A stretch of 58,378 bases of DNA from Macrostomum lignano (lineage: Eukaryota). The notes under the pieces were generated by a model. The model saw only the letters and a program-made list of their open reading frames with translations. It was not told the DNA's origin and searched no databases. The translations under genes were made by a program, and so were the position numbers. The stretch lies in assembly GCA_002269645.1 (NCBI GenBank), contig NIVC01004142.1:1-58378 (forward strand), read 5' to 3'. Below are positions 56,977 through 58,378 of the stretch, one piece after another (the stretch's first letter is position 1; the number at the start of each line of letters is the position of its first letter).

Positions 56977-58190
56977 ATGCTCGCCACACCGGCCGCATGC
57001 AGCGTGGCCCTGTGCGAGGTCGCGCCGTCGGTCGGAGTCTGCCCTCACTCGGGTCAGCCGCTCTGCCGCGGCCATCTGCATCGCGAGCAGCGCCGAGTTC
57101 GAGCTCTTGGCCTAGCCGCTCTGAAAGCTCTGGCGGAGGCTACGGAAAATTATCCGGAGCTTCGGCGATGCTTGAGCCGTCAGGAAGCCGATCAGATTGA
57201 GCTTGAGCAGCAGTTCCGCCTGTTGAAGGCTCAGCAGCAGTACTGGCGACGTAGAATCTGCGACGCAGCTAAGCGGGAGCTCGACCAGCTGACTGGGCGA
57301 ATTCGAGCACTTGAGGGGGTAGTGCAGTTCTCGGAGACAGCGAATCGAGCAGCTGATGCGGGCAACTGGCGGCACGTGTTTCAACTTGTCGACCAGGTGA
57401 GGATCTGGAGTCAAGGGTAGTCGAGTCTATTCCTCGTCTTTTCTGGGAAGCAATAGAAATGGAATATACGAGTACTCCGATATCATTCTCGCTGGGAACT
57501 CATGAATCACACAGAGCAGAGTATCTCAGCTGTAACACGTCCGAATTTCCCGCCAAAGTACCTCAGTACCAATGTAAGATGCGAGTGCGTATCCATGTAC
57601 ACGTGTGCATACTCGGGTTCAGCGGAATGGCCATGACTGTGTGTCGCTTCTCACCTTGATTAGCAACCCAATCCCCTTCAGCTAACTAACAAACTTAGCC
57701 CCATGCCCCACGCAGATCAGCGACTCCGTAGTCTATCTGACCGAATGCGAAACCCCGTCTCGCGAGGCCGAGTCACTCCGCGCAGCCGAAAGCCTGGCGG
57801 GGACGCGCGCTGCTCACAAGGCGCTGACCGACGGTCTCCTCCAGCTGAGTGCGGAGCCCGTCAAGACGCTCGGCCCGGTCACCGGCGGCGCCGCATCTGG
57901 CGGGTGGCCATCTGCGACAACACGGCCAGTCACTGGGTCTGCTCAAGCGGTAGCAACACAGACGAAGGCCTGGTGACCGGTCTCGTTCAACCCCGACTGG
58001 AGCCGGAGGCAGCTGGCGACGTCTGGCTCCGGTATGTCTCGTGGTGGCGTTCCACGCGGATGATCAACCGGACCATCTGGCGCTGTTGGCGATGAAGGGC
58101 GGGAGCAGCGACACGCCGATTGGCCGTCTGACACCGCCACTTCGGTGGAGCTCACCGGTGAGTTGATTAAGACTGTTCCGATTGAGTGAA
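56977..58190 (+). pseudogene. Tandem paralog B of the B-box-like / coiled-coil / NHL gene; exon 56977..57396, intron 57397..57715, exon from 57716 with at least 2 frameshifts; 3' part unresolved or beyond the window
   Basis: CSVALCEVAPSVGVCPHSGQPLCRGH and the helix ending AADAGNWRHVFQLVDQ match gene A (AADRSGDYRRVYELAAQ). Phase-0 splice CAG|GTGAGG ... ctaac...cacgcag|ATC. After -1 shifts, GGRIWRVAICDNTA and VCLVVAFHADDQPDHLALLAM align with gene A GGEIECLAVCSNTA and ACLFVSYDLNERSHHLLVIEL. Confidence 0.62.
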
Positions 58191-58378
58191 CTCAACCATA
58201 GGTACATTATAGGTCCTAAATTCTAACATTGGTTTGCATTAGGCCGCATGTAGTTAGTTTTGCGAGTAGGCTTTGGAAACCCACAAATCGATGGTGACAG
58301 TCGACTGAGGGGGCAAGCAGCCCTATCCATTCCGCTAACCCACGTAGGTACACACACATGTTGTACGGAGACCGTAAC

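Overview
This is metazoan genomic DNA with spliceosomal GT-AG introns, GC3-rich exons and dense minisatellites. The style suggests a free-living flatworm such as Macrostomum, which is an impression and not a search result. Five intact genes were reconstructed by hand with phase-consistent splice sites: a ONECUT CUT-homeobox factor (minus, 2 coding exons, 607 aa), a calexcitin/SCP-type EF-hand protein (minus, 6 exons, 224 aa), a KChIP-type neuronal calcium sensor (plus, 2-3 coding exons), G-protein alpha-o (minus, 7 exons, 354 aa) and an intronless GT32 glycosyltransferase (minus, 354 aa). Two tandem B-box-like/coiled-coil/NHL paralogs at the right end carry frameshifts that look like long-read indel errors or pseudogenisation. 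About 25 distinct tandem arrays fill most large introns. Two non-autonomous DNA transposons are present: a 245-bp TA-flanked MITE and a 567-bp element with a 9-bp TSD. Most other long ORFs in the track are tandem-repeat or antisense artefacts. No CRISPR array, rRNA or intact tRNA was seen. No wholly new system can be demonstrated from sequence alone. The best leads are the run of four neuronal-signalling genes, an intron made almost entirely of ACUAAC/CUGAC motifs, a myristoylation-motif calexcitin, a KChIP with degenerate EF hands, an array seeded on a splice donor, and the B-box/NHL paralog pair.
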